Virus record (IMG/VR): IMGVR_UViG_3300027895_000005
Coordinates: 1-38,138 of that record
Length of the DNA: 38,138 bases
Reading direction: 5' to 3' (one strand)
Origin: a virus
Part shown: piece after piece, positions 24,718-33,075 of the stretch
Layout of the letters: each line of letters starts with the position of its first letter
Numbering within the stretch: the stretch's first letter is position 1
Position numbers and translations under genes: made by a program
The notes under the pieces: generated by a model
Seen by the model: the letters and a program-made list of their open reading frames with translations, nothing else
The model's database searches: none
Told to the model about the DNA's origin: nothing

Positions 24718-25323
24718 TTACGTTGGCGCCGGCAAGCCGCTGATGGTTGTATCAAACATTTGCCATCTACCATATCCGAAAGCGTTGCTGATCCCGGGGA
24801 TGAACACGCGCAGCGCCTTCCACGAGAGCGACAAGAGTCGCGGCTTCGTGCCGAGCTGTTTCCAGTTGTCCTGATTGATGCGGCAGGCGAAGAACCTTGT
24901 ACCGGCGACCTGCGCGGCGTATGCCGTCTTTGCTTGATACGGAAAGGGGAGTATTAATTGCATACATTCCCCCTCCGTAGTCATCAGTGTGCCGATGTTG
25001 CCGGGATCGTCGATGCCGAGGGTGACTCCGACGGGACAGGCGATGAAAGTCTGGTAGATTGCGTCGTCCCAGCGGGAAAGAGTGGCCGTGATGATCGCTG
25101 TACGTCCCTGGTAGGATTCGTCGGCTTCGACATCGCCGCCCAGATCCACATTAAAGGGGACAAAGCGGTTCTCGTACTGGATGTCAAGGCCCCCCACGGT
25201 CCAGCCAAGGAAGGAGATTAGCGAGGGAGCATTTATCGTGGTTCCGTTCACAAGGGGCTGGCCGGAGACGTAGGAACCCAGGTACAAAGGGACGGCCCCC
25301 GACACATATGGAGAGCTTGACAT
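24718..25323 (-). CDS. Major tail tube protein (putative)
   Basis: 201 aa. LGWTVGGLDIQY...AIITATL...LSLSWKAL pattern, strong GGAGG RBS, and position upstream of the chaperone. Confidence 0.75.
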   Translation of the reverse strand: MSSSPYVSGAVPLYLGSYVSGQPLVNGTTINAPSLISFLGWTVGGLDIQYENRFVPFNVDLGGDVEADESYQGRTAIITATLSRWDDAIYQTFIACPVGVTLGIDDPGNIGTLMTTEGECMQLILPFPYQAKTAYAAQVAGTRFFACRINQDNWKQLGTKPRLLSLSWKALRVFIPGISNAFGYGRWQMFDTTISGLPAPT

Positions 25324-25404
25324 ATGTTAAATCCTCCATATGGTAGCACCCGTTACACGCCGCGCACGCCAAGCTACCGTCCGGGCGTCACGTCGGGCAA
25401 ATGG

Positions 25405-25977
25405 CTACGGGCATCCCCATTGCCGCGATTCCTGAGACCGACGTCCAAAGAACCTTCGAGCGATCTGAACCGGCCCCCGCCGCGCCTCAATCACCCGTGG
25501 ACTGTCCACGGTGATGCCGAGAACCCCCGCTTGCTGATGCTCCAAAATCCCGAAAATTCTCTTCCCCTGATGGATCTGCTCCAACAGGTCCAGCGCCCAC
25601 TGCGCCTGTGCAGGCAACTTCACGTCCTGACGGAACGACGGGCGGCGCTCCCACATCAGCCACAGGGCCAACCGGCAGACGATCCCGGCGAGCAACGCCG
25701 CTGAGTTGCCCCCTGCGGTCTGGATCAGCAACAGATCGTTGATGGGCGGCACGGCAAGCGGATTGATCACGTAGGCACCGCCCTCGGTGCAAGCCGCTTC
25801 CACCAGTCCGGAGGCTTCCGCCAGCAGGTCCAGCAACGTGGGCGAAGCGGCGATCTGCGGTTGCGTGAGCGGTACACCGACGTCGGAGAGCAGTTGCCCG
25901 GCGGTGCGGTTGTCACACTTGATAACGAAGTTTGCCGGGGTTGCGTATGGCGCTGACCCTGTCGCTGAAGTTGACAC
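25405..25977 (-). CDS. Head-to-tail adaptor (Mu gp36/DUF1320-like)
   Basis: YAT..., LAEASGLVEAA..GGAY, LAGIVCRLALWLMWERRP and ALDLLEQIHQG match the gp36-like pattern. Confidence 0.75.
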   Translation of the reverse strand: MSTSATGSAPYATPANFVIKCDNRTAGQLLSDVGVPLTQPQIAASPTLLDLLAEASGLVEAACTEGGAYVINPLAVPPINDLLLIQTAGGNSAALLAGIVCRLALWLMWERRPSFRQDVKLPAQAQWALDLLEQIHQGKRIFGILEHQQAGVLGITVDSPRVIEARRGPVQIARRFFGRRSQESRQWGCP

Positions 25978-25989
25978 GATCCACCCTCC

Positions 25990-26613
25990 TTACTGGCTGA
26001 TGGACGCGCCGATGTTGCAGCTGATGTAGTTGGTGCTGACGATGGTTCCGCTCGTCACCTTGAGGTCAAGGCTCTTGTTGGCGACGGTCTGGGGAATCGA
26101 CAGATCGGTCAGGATGATGCTCGCCATAGTGTTGGCCAGCGCCGCTATGTCGCCCTGCCAGAGGATCGCGGGCGAGCCTGCCGCGTCCTGGATCAGCTCG
26201 ACGTGGAGCGGCGGCTGATTCGCCGTGGCGGCCAGCGTGATGCTGATGAGGTTGACGTTGTAGATCTTGCCCGCCCCAGGCGCACCGAGCGAGGCGTCAG
26301 GAGTGACTGTTCCTGTAACGATGTTCGCCGTGCCGATCTGCGACCCCGGCGACGCCACAAGCATGGCCTTGTTGCCCGTGTAGGCCTGCAGGTTGGCCAG
26401 CGAAGACGACAGAAAGGGATTGGTCCCATCGCCCGCGGCAACAAAGATCGACCGGGCGATGGCGTCACCCGTGGGCATCGTGTACGTGTTCGTCGGGTCC
26501 ACGATGATGTGCTGCGTGGCGATTGGGCCGCCCGCCTGCGTGGTGTCGTAAGCGGCGATGATGCGCGAGGCTCCGTTGACGTCCCGCGTGTTGAAGTTGT
26601 TAGTGGCAGCCAT
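25990..26613 (-). CDS. Putative capsid/neck decoration protein (beta-rich)
   Basis: Located between the capsid and adaptor genes, with APGAGKIYNVNLISIT...TVANKSLDL. Confidence 0.6.
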   Translation of the reverse strand: MAATNNFNTRDVNGASRIIAAYDTTQAGGPIATQHIIVDPTNTYTMPTGDAIARSIFVAAGDGTNPFLSSSLANLQAYTGNKAMLVASPGSQIGTANIVTGTVTPDASLGAPGAGKIYNVNLISITLAATANQPPLHVELIQDAAGSPAILWQGDIAALANTMASIILTDLSIPQTVANKSLDLKVTSGTIVSTNYISCNIGASISQ

Positions 26614-26623
26614 GATAGAACCC

Positions 26624-27070
26624 CTAGAAGAGGACTGCCACGAAGTGGCCGTTTGCGACGTTGGTGAAGTCCGGGCCGCCTTGCTGGTACTGATGGGTTT
26701 CCAGGACGTGGTCTCCCACTGAGACCGATCCGACGTTGCCGCTGCCGCCGCTGGGCAGGTTCAAAACCATCGGATTGTTCGGACTGCCCAGCTTGTCCGC
26801 GCGGAAGCTGAATGTGGTCGATCCCGCTGCCGCGATCTCTGCTGTGAAAATCACCGTAACCCCATCCGAGATGGTGAACGCCACGGGGGCGGTGGGCGTG
26901 GCGCTGAAGCCAACCGTGATGTTGTTGACGCCGTGGCAGGCGTTGTTGCCCGCTGCGCCGTAGGTGACGGTTGCCGCTCCGGCCGTTGCCATCGCCACGT
27001 CGCCGGGGACGCCCTGCAAGGGGAGTTCGCGGACGAACTTCGGATCAACCTTCGGGAAGCCGACCCCCAT
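26624..27070 (-). CDS. Putative capsid/neck decoration protein (beta-rich)
   Basis: GGGAGG RBS and a small jelly-roll-like sequence loosely similar to its neighbour. Confidence 0.6.
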   Translation of the reverse strand: MGVGFPKVDPKFVRELPLQGVPGDVAMATAGAATVTYGAAGNNACHGVNNITVGFSATPTAPVAFTISDGVTVIFTAEIAAAGSTTFSFRADKLGSPNNPMVLNLPSGGSGNVGSVSVGDHVLETHQYQQGGPDFTNVANGHFVAVLF

Positions 27071-27087
27071 ATCGCCCGCCTCCCTGT

Positions 27088-27828
27088 TCAGCCCTGTTGC
27101 ACCAGTTTGGCGACTGCTTCGGCCGCCACCCGGGCGCCGTCCACGCTCACCATGCTCCTGCGCTCCTGGCAGCGCTGCGCCAACTGAGTCAGCGTCCCCT
27201 GAATCGGCGTGAGGATCTCGGCGAACGAGGCGTCCACCTTGCGCAGCAGGTCTTCACGCGCCTCTTTTGCCGCCTCCATGCCGATTTTCGGGGCCATTGC
27301 CGCGAGGTCGCGCTGAGCCTGAGCATAGAGCGGTTGCAGCGTTTCCAGTTCAGCCGTCGGCGCATCAGCCGTACGCGATGCCTTGCGGATCTCATCAGTG
27401 ATCCCGATGAGTTTGCGGGCCAGATCCGGCGGGACGGGCTTCATGGCGACCAGTTCGGCCTTCTTCGCCTCCAGGGCTGCGAGAGTCGCCTGTGCAGCTT
27501 GCAGAGTCGCCTTTGCATGAAGCAGTTGCGGGCGCAGTTCGATCAGCCGGCGGTAGGGGTCGCTGTCCTGGAGCGTCTTCGTCACCTTGCGGGTGACGCC
27601 GTCCTCGAACTCGCTCTGAGTCTCGCCCGTGGAGATGCGCGGCAAGGGGCCGTCAAGAGCCAGGCTGATCTCAAGCGAGACCTTCTTGCCGTGAAGGGTC
27701 ACATCCACGGCGACGGGATAGGGTCGGCGGGTCCACTCGCCGGCAAGCTTCCATTCAGGCGCGACCGCTCTTGCCGGGACGGCCGGCGCGGCGGCGAGTT
27801 GAACAGGGGCGATCTCTTGCGTCGTCAC
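27088..27828 (-). CDS. Coiled-coil hypothetical protein
   Basis: AAAGGA RBS before the GTG, and a long Ala/Leu/Glu heptad-like C-terminal half. Confidence 0.7.
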   Translation of the reverse strand: MTTQEIAPVQLAAAPAVPARAVAPEWKLAGEWTRRPYPVAVDVTLHGKKVSLEISLALDGPLPRISTGETQSEFEDGVTRKVTKTLQDSDPYRRLIELRPQLLHAKATLQAAQATLAALEAKKAELVAMKPVPPDLARKLIGITDEIRKASRTADAPTAELETLQPLYAQAQRDLAAMAPKIGMEAAKEAREDLLRKVDASFAEILTPIQGTLTQLAQRCQERRSMVSVDGARVAAEAVAKLVQQG

Positions 27829-27884
27829 AAACGATCCTTTCCATTCACGGAGCAGGAGCGACAATAAGCCACATCTCCAGTGGC

Positions 27885-29000
27885 TTAAATCGTACCAGTT
27901 ATGTCGAACCCGCTTTCCAGCGCCCCGCCGACGATGCAGTAGAAATCGACCAGAGAAAATTGCGTGTATGCGTCCTTGACTTCGTGGAATTCTTCCACCT
28001 TGAGCTGATGTTCACACCAGTGCATCTGCACGGTCGAGAAGGACGGTCCCACCTGGGCGTCGATCTTGCCCGGACGGCTCATGATGACGGCGTTGCTGTC
28101 GTTCTTGATGAAGGTGCGCGCCGTGGAACTGACGGTCTGATTGGCCGCGGGCAGGTCTTGCAGGATCGGGGAATCCTCGACGACGATCTCGACGCCCGCG
28201 TAGGTCGGAGGCAGGCCGAAGCGGTCGTTCATGTTCGCGTCGTTGCCTTCGATGTACTCCTGAGCCTTTGGGCCGTACTTATAGGCGTCGCGCATCTCGT
28301 CGCTGTTGGCCATCGCCTTGGCGAGGTTGGGAGACACCACAAGGCGCAGATCGCGCGGCCGGACGCGCGAATTCGTCTGGAGGAAGATGACGTTCATGGC
28401 CGACATGATGCTCTTGCGGATGGCCATGTAGTTCGACGGATTCCCCGAGTCAGAGCCGGCCTTGTCCCACGTCCCGGCCCCGCCGTTGAGGTCGTTGGCG
28501 GCGGCGACGTTGGTCGAAGGCCACGTACTCGCGTTGTCCAGACCGCCCCAGTTGGTCGTGGTCCCCTCGGCCCCGCCGCCGGGTCCACCCTGCCAGAGAT
28601 TGAGCGTGCGGCCGGTCATCGCCTGGCAGGTGTAGCCCTCCAGGTAGACCTGCTTGGCATTCCATGTGTTGTCGGCGTGCTTGAGCGCAATGTCGCCAAC
28701 GATGCCGCCCCACTCGAAGCGGTTGCAGAACGCCTGCGTCTCGCGGAAGCCAAACTGATTGTCCCGGCGCGACGGCCGCACCGCACCGTCGGCCCAGAGT
28801 TGACCCGCCAGGCTGGTGACGCGAATCGCCTGGTCCCTGTCCAGTTTGTAGTAGAAGAAAGAGGGAGTCTTTGCCTCCACCATCTGGATAATACGGTTGA
28901 TGGGAAACTCTTCCTTCTTGCGACTGTAGGAGATTACGTATCGCGAGGCGGCGATATTGTAACCGTCGGTCGCAGACAAAAATCGGTAGGCTTGCGTCAT
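27885..29000 (-). CDS. Major capsid protein (HK97-fold, putative)
   Basis: 371 aa downstream of the protease and decoration genes. LRLVVSPNLAKAMANSDEMRD...FGLPPTYAGVEIVVED pattern and strong codon bias. Confidence 0.85.
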   Translation of the reverse strand: MTQAYRFLSATDGYNIAASRYVISYSRKKEEFPINRIIQMVEAKTPSFFYYKLDRDQAIRVTSLAGQLWADGAVRPSRRDNQFGFRETQAFCNRFEWGGIVGDIALKHADNTWNAKQVYLEGYTCQAMTGRTLNLWQGGPGGGAEGTTTNWGGLDNASTWPSTNVAAANDLNGGAGTWDKAGSDSGNPSNYMAIRKSIMSAMNVIFLQTNSRVRPRDLRLVVSPNLAKAMANSDEMRDAYKYGPKAQEYIEGNDANMNDRFGLPPTYAGVEIVVEDSPILQDLPAANQTVSSTARTFIKNDSNAVIMSRPGKIDAQVGPSFSTVQMHWCEHQLKVEEFHEVKDAYTQFSLVDFYCIVGGALESGFDITGTI

Positions 29001-29170
29001 CGCTGTTCCACCCGTTCAATGAGGTCGCGGTCGTCCGCGCGACCCCCAAACGGGTGCGACGTGTTTTGGCCGTCTGGCAGGATAGCTACTTCCTGTTTGG
29101 CCTGTCCGTTGGTCGCGCGGACGCCGCGCGGCCTCATATGGTTGATGTTGTAAAAGCCGCCTGCGCTCAT
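28997..29170 (-). CDS. 57-aa hypothetical protein bridging the decoration and capsid genes
   Basis: Translated by hand: MSAGGFYNINHMRPRGVRATNGQAKQEVAILPDGQNTSHPFGGRADDRDLIERVEQR. ATGA overlaps at both ends. Confidence 0.6.
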   Translation of the reverse strand: MSAGGFYNINHMRPRGVRATNGQAKQEVAILPDGQNTSHPFGGRADDRDLIERVEQR

Positions 29171-29577
29171 GCGCCGCGATAGCCGATCAGAAGCCGGACG
29201 CGGATGAGTTGTCCCACCGCCGTGGCCGCTTGCTGGGCGATGGCGCCGTACTGGTCGCCGTCGGAGCCGGCCGTGATTCCACGGCCGCTGCCGTCAGGCT
29301 TGAGATAGTCGAACGCAGACACCGCCGCGCCAGACTCCAGCCAGCACTCCTGAATGTGCTCGCCGGGGACGATCACCTCGATCTCGTTGATTCCGGCAAC
29401 ACCCGCGAAGCCGTCGTCAAGGAGGTTGATCGGCGGCTGGCGAACGCCCGGCTGGCTGATGCCGATGGGCCGGTCGCTGCCGACGCACTGGATCACGTAA
29501 CCGCCGCCCGTCTGCGTCGGGTCGCCCTTGACGAAGCGGCTTGGGTTTACCGACCCGTTACAGAGATATGAGGCCAT
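29167..29577 (-). CDS. Capsid decoration/cement protein (DUF2190-like)
   Basis: PSRFVK..RPIGIS..WLESGAAVSAFDYLKPDGSGRGI..GAIAQQAATAVGQLIRV. GGGAGG RBS. Confidence 0.8.
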   Translation of the reverse strand: MASYLCNGSVNPSRFVKGDPTQTGGGYVIQCVGSDRPIGISQPGVRQPPINLLDDGFAGVAGINEIEVIVPGEHIQECWLESGAAVSAFDYLKPDGSGRGITAGSDGDQYGAIAQQAATAVGQLIRVRLLIGYRGA

Positions 29578-29655
29578 TTCATCAACCTCCCGCCGCAAGA
29601 GAAATAGTGCGGCAACCAGGGTAGCTTTTTGGGGAGGCTGCGGTAAAATTGAGCA

Positions 29656-29687
29656 TGCCTACAAGGTGGTGGAACACCTTGCAGGCA
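29656..29687 (+). promoter_or_regulatory. Leader hairpin upstream of the endonuclease VII gene, just after a TAAAAT -10-like hexamer
   Basis: tgcct(a)caaggtg-gtggaa-caccttg(c)aggca. Confidence 0.65.
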
Positions 29688-29725
29688 CTGACCACATCGC
29701 AGCCTTGAGGAACAAGGACAACGCT

Positions 29726-30391
29726 ATGGCTAGCGCCAATTCTACCAACCAACCCGGCCTTTTCGACGCACACGCCCAAAAGAAGCGATGCACGCAGTGC
29801 GATGGCATCAAGCCGATGTCCGACTTTTACGTCAACAAGAAAATGCGTTGCGGACGGATGTCGGAGTGCAAGGAATGCACGAAACGGATGGGCCGTCGTA
29901 CGGCATACAAGCAAAAGGCAAGCGCTGAAGGAGTCATTGGGAAACCATGCTCCAAATGCGGAGAAACAAAACTGCTTGAGCAGTTCGGTAAGAGCCGTCA
30001 GTGCAAATTCGGCCGTTCTCCACGGTGTAAGGAATGCACGGCTGCCGAGGCCAGCGCAAAACATGCTCAGCAGAAGGCATGCCCGGAGTATCGCCGCAAA
30101 AGGCAAGAGTTTGACCGCATCCAGGGCATGAAACGATACGGCGTCAGTCCCGAACAGTACGCCGAAATGCACGCGTCGCAGGGTGGTCTTTGTGCGATTT
30201 GCGGCGAACCGGAAATGGCCCGGGTCAATCACACTCGCCAGGTTCGCAGACTGTGCATCGATCACGACCACTCCACCGGAAAGATTCGTTCCTTGCTCTG
30301 TTCGCGATGCAACCACGGCATCGGAAACTTCCGCGATGATCCCAAACGACTTGCTGCCGCCATTGCCTACCTGCAAAGGCATGCGAACTGA
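29726..30391 (+). CDS. Endonuclease VII-family (His-Me finger/HNH) homing-type endonuclease with two N-terminal Zn-finger repeats
   Basis: YGVSPEQY..QGGLCAICG..LCIDHDHSTGKIRSLLCSRCNHGIG, and KxCxxCxxxK...CKEC twice. Confidence 0.92.
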   Translation: MASANSTNQPGLFDAHAQKKRCTQCDGIKPMSDFYVNKKMRCGRMSECKECTKRMGRRTAYKQKASAEGVIGKPCSKCGETKLLEQFGKSRQCKFGRSPRCKECTAAEASAKHAQQKACPEYRRKRQEFDRIQGMKRYGVSPEQYAEMHASQGGLCAICGEPEMARVNHTRQVRRLCIDHDHSTGKIRSLLCSRCNHGIGNFRDDPKRLAAAIAYLQRHAN

Positions 30392-30395
30392 CTCG

Positions 30396-31121
30396 CTATC
30401 GCTGACCGTAGAAGCCGCGCACGAGCGACAACGTGTCCGCCGTGGTCGCGTTGGGGTTGAACACAACCAGCGGGTCGCCCGGGTGCAGGCCAGACCACAG
30501 CCCGCCCGTGTCGCTGTACTCGACCCGCGCCGCACTCGCTGGGATCGGGAACGTCGGCTGCAAGGCACCCGTGTTGGGGTCCGTGTAGCCCGTCTGGCCC
30601 ATGAAGTAGAGGATCGATTTGACCGATACGCCGCCCGTCGGCAGCGCAGTGACCGTGATCGCCCCGGCCGTATAAGCGCTCTGCGCCGTATCGAGCACCC
30701 AGGTCCCGTCTGCGGCCTGGTAGACGATGTAGTCGCCGCTCTGGATGGCCGAGTTCCCCGTGCGCGGGGCAGTCGATCCGTCGGCCAGCGGGTAGTTGAA
30801 GTTGGTCGCGTACAACCCTGGGTCGCCATTGATCGAGAGCGACGTGGCCGAAGCCAGAGCGTTGGCCGTGACCTTGACGCGATTGAGCGGCCGGAGAATC
30901 GTCAGAGCGTTGCCGTGGCCGCCAGCGTCCACGATGATGTGGTTGATGTGCGGCACGCCGTTTAGCGCCGGCATCGGGCCAGTGGGAGATCCCGGCAAAG
31001 AGGCTGTTCCCACCATGCCGTAGGGTTGGACGAGGATGGCGATGGCGGTTCCGAAAGCGTGCGTCTGTACGCCGACGCCGTTGAACTTGCCAAGGTCTTG
31101 CACGCCAGAACTTGTTGCCAT
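30396..31121 (-). CDS. Putative head-associated structural protein
   Basis: Gly/Thr/Ala-rich and beta-rich, located between the scaffold and decoration genes. GAGG RBS. Confidence 0.65.
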   Translation of the reverse strand: MATSSGVQDLGKFNGVGVQTHAFGTAIAILVQPYGMVGTASLPGSPTGPMPALNGVPHINHIIVDAGGHGNALTILRPLNRVKVTANALASATSLSINGDPGLYATNFNYPLADGSTAPRTGNSAIQSGDYIVYQAADGTWVLDTAQSAYTAGAITVTALPTGGVSVKSILYFMGQTGYTDPNTGALQPTFPIPASAARVEYSDTGGLWSGLHPGDPLVVFNPNATTADTLSLVRGFYGQR

Positions 31122-31176
31122 GACGAACTACCTCGCTCCTGGATGCCGGCCGTGATCGGCCACGGGGTTCAACCGA

Positions 31177-32052
31177 TCACTTGCGAGCGCCGTTGCCGTT
31201 CGCGCCGTTGCCGTTGGCGTGCTGCTTGCCGTATTTCAGCGGCAGAGCTTTCGCCGCCAGTTCGGGCAAGGGCGTGTCCCACAGACCGTGCTTCCGCTGG
31301 TAGCGATCGACCGCGGCGGCGTCCTCGGCCGGCATCGACTCCGGATCGTTCTCCAGATCCACGGGTGCGTCACTGCCGGTACGAGCGTACTGCTGCGTGT
31401 CGGTGCGGATGCGGCCTATGGGTGCAACCGGGGCTGGGTCCATGAGTTCGCGCAGGTGTTCTTCGTAGTCCTCACGCGCTTTCCGGGTGAGCATCTTCGA
31501 GAACCGCAGGACATGCTTCTCAGGGGCCTTGAACGTGTACCCTTCGTGCTGCATCTGGGCAATGATGCGCCGCCCATCGGATTCAGCCGTGATCTGTTGT
31601 TCCTCGATCTTGGCTTGCCGCTCCTCAGCCAGTTGCGCCTTCATCTCGGCGTTTTCCCGCTCGACGCGAGCCAGGCGGATGGCGTCGCTGTCCCGGCGCA
31701 CCTGCTGCACGGGGGCGGCGCGGCGGGCGTTGCGCTGCGGGTCGCCAAGCCCGGCGTTGGTCGCCGACGGCGTTGCAAACGCCCCGTTGCGGATCGGTTC
31801 GGCCACGTCGGGCGGCATGGTCGGATCGGCCGCGGCCGGTTCCTCGGGAGGAGCGTCCTCCATCGCGTACTGCTTCATCGCCTTGGCGTGCAAGGGATGC
31901 TCGGCCATCATCGAATAACACTTAGCGCAGTGCTTCGAGTACTGCGCATGTTCCTGGGGGCTCATCCCGCCCCCGCCCGCCATCTCTCCAACAGTCGCGC
32001 CGGGATCAGTCGGCTCAGTCGCGGGCGCATCGTCTTCCCAAGGTTCAGGCAT
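31177..32052 (-). CDS. Nested scaffold protein from an internal in-frame start (Mu gpZ-like)
   Basis: TTGGAGACCGCC-ATG (MPEPWEDD) lies exactly at the protease/scaffold boundary. Confidence 0.6.
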   Translation of the reverse strand: MPEPWEDDAPATEPTDPGATVGEMAGGGGMSPQEHAQYSKHCAKCYSMMAEHPLHAKAMKQYAMEDAPPEEPAAADPTMPPDVAEPIRNGAFATPSATNAGLGDPQRNARRAAPVQQVRRDSDAIRLARVERENAEMKAQLAEERQAKIEEQQITAESDGRRIIAQMQHEGYTFKAPEKHVLRFSKMLTRKAREDYEEHLRELMDPAPVAPIGRIRTDTQQYARTGSDAPVDLENDPESMPAEDAAAVDRYQRKHGLWDTPLPELAAKALPLKYGKQHANGNGANGNGARK

Positions 32053-32628
32053 GGCGGTCTCCAACGAATAATTGAGGCAGGGTTTGCCGCCCCGGGAATA
32101 GCGCCAGACTGGATCGCCAGCCGGCGCGCGTGAATCGCCCTTCGAGTAGGTCCACTGCCCCAGATCTCTCTGCGGCGTTCGCCTTAAGAGACTTACCGGG
32201 TCTATAATAGGCTTTTCGCCCGTCTTCTTGTTCCCCGGCCACAACTCAACCGATGTTCGCGGATAGGTCTTCGCTTCTGCAAATCGCTCTTTGCGGATGT
32301 AATAATCCACGGCGATGACGTACTTGCCGAGTCTGGCGTCCCAGCGGACGCGGTAGGTGCGGGCGTACCCCTGCGGTTCGGGTTGCTTGCTTTCGTCGGG
32401 TTGCTGCGGCGTTGTGTGGCCGAACGTCAGCGGCGCGAGAGTGCCCGTGGCGTCCCGCTCGTTGCAGGACTGGGCGATTTCCTCGAGGTCGGCACGAGTG
32501 AACCGGCGCAGGAGTTTGCCGTCAGGGGAACGCTCTTCGTGTTCATCGAAACACGCAACGTCAGGCACGCGGACGTAGAGTCGCGGGTCGGCCAACTGCG
32601 TCAGGAATTCGGCGAAGCGGTCTGCCAT
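31177..32628 (-). CDS. Prohead protease/scaffold fusion (Mu gpI-like)
   Basis: FTRADLEEIA, PLTFGH (His), GY and YPRTSVEL (Ser), then an acidic/Pro linker and a coiled-coil scaffold. Confidence 0.82.
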   Translation of the reverse strand: MADRFAEFLTQLADPRLYVRVPDVACFDEHEERSPDGKLLRRFTRADLEEIAQSCNERDATGTLAPLTFGHTTPQQPDESKQPEPQGYARTYRVRWDARLGKYVIAVDYYIRKERFAEAKTYPRTSVELWPGNKKTGEKPIIDPVSLLRRTPQRDLGQWTYSKGDSRAPAGDPVWRYSRGGKPCLNYSLETAMPEPWEDDAPATEPTDPGATVGEMAGGGGMSPQEHAQYSKHCAKCYSMMAEHPLHAKAMKQYAMEDAPPEEPAAADPTMPPDVAEPIRNGAFATPSATNAGLGDPQRNARRAAPVQQVRRDSDAIRLARVERENAEMKAQLAEERQAKIEEQQITAESDGRRIIAQMQHEGYTFKAPEKHVLRFSKMLTRKAREDYEEHLRELMDPAPVAPIGRIRTDTQQYARTGSDAPVDLENDPESMPAEDAAAVDRYQRKHGLWDTPLPELAAKALPLKYGKQHANGNGANGNGARK

Positions 32629-32676
32629 GCAAGGCAGTGTCGCCAAACGCTTCGCACAGACGCAAATCGTGAAGAA

Positions 32677-32850
32677 TCAGAACGGACCGGCAGCCTCATT
32701 CCACAAATCAATCAGTTTCCGGAGCGCCCTGAACCTTCTCCGCTCCTCCGATGGATCGAAGTCAGGGTGGGTGTAGGATAGGTAATCGAAGTATGCTTTT
32801 TCGGCGTCCAGCAGCGCGTCGTCTATATCCGCAAGAACCTTGTCCATCAT
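32677..32850 (-). CDS. 57-aa hypothetical protein, absent from the ORF track
   Basis: Translated by hand: MMDKVLADIDDALLDAEKAYFDYLSYTHPDFDPSEERRRFRALRKLIDLWNEAAGPF. ATGA overlap and GAGG RBS. Confidence 0.6.
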   Translation of the reverse strand: MMDKVLADIDDALLDAEKAYFDYLSYTHPDFDPSEERRRFRALRKLIDLWNEAAGPF

Positions 32851-33062
32851 CCAACCTCTTTCGCAGCCGCAAGAGCTTCCCTTCGATTGAGGACCACCTC
32901 ACGACCTGATTCCATAACAGCGAGAATCGTCCTTCTGTCCGCCTTGGAGTCTCCGTCAAGAACAACCATTCGCACGGTCTCGCCCGTCGCTCTGGACATG
33001 AGACGTTCGGCGCCGGTGAGTAAGGCGCTCTGGATTGCGGTTGGCGCTTTCCCGACTGGCAT
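32847..33062 (-). CDS. 71-aa hypothetical protein (MPVGKAPT...)
   Basis: AGGGGG RBS, and fits between the KTSC gene and the next ORF. Confidence 0.6.
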   Translation of the reverse strand: MPVGKAPTAIQSALLTGAERLMSRATGETVRMVVLDGDSKADRRTILAVMESGREVVLNRREALAAAKEVG

Positions 33063-33075
33063 GACGCCCCCTTGC

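Noticed and set aside
27771-32133. ORFs 27771-29153 (+), 29582-30829 (-), 30183-30965 (+) and 31219-32133 (+)
   Set aside because: They overlap the capsid, endonuclease and protease genes in other frames or strands and have shadow-like Arg-rich composition.
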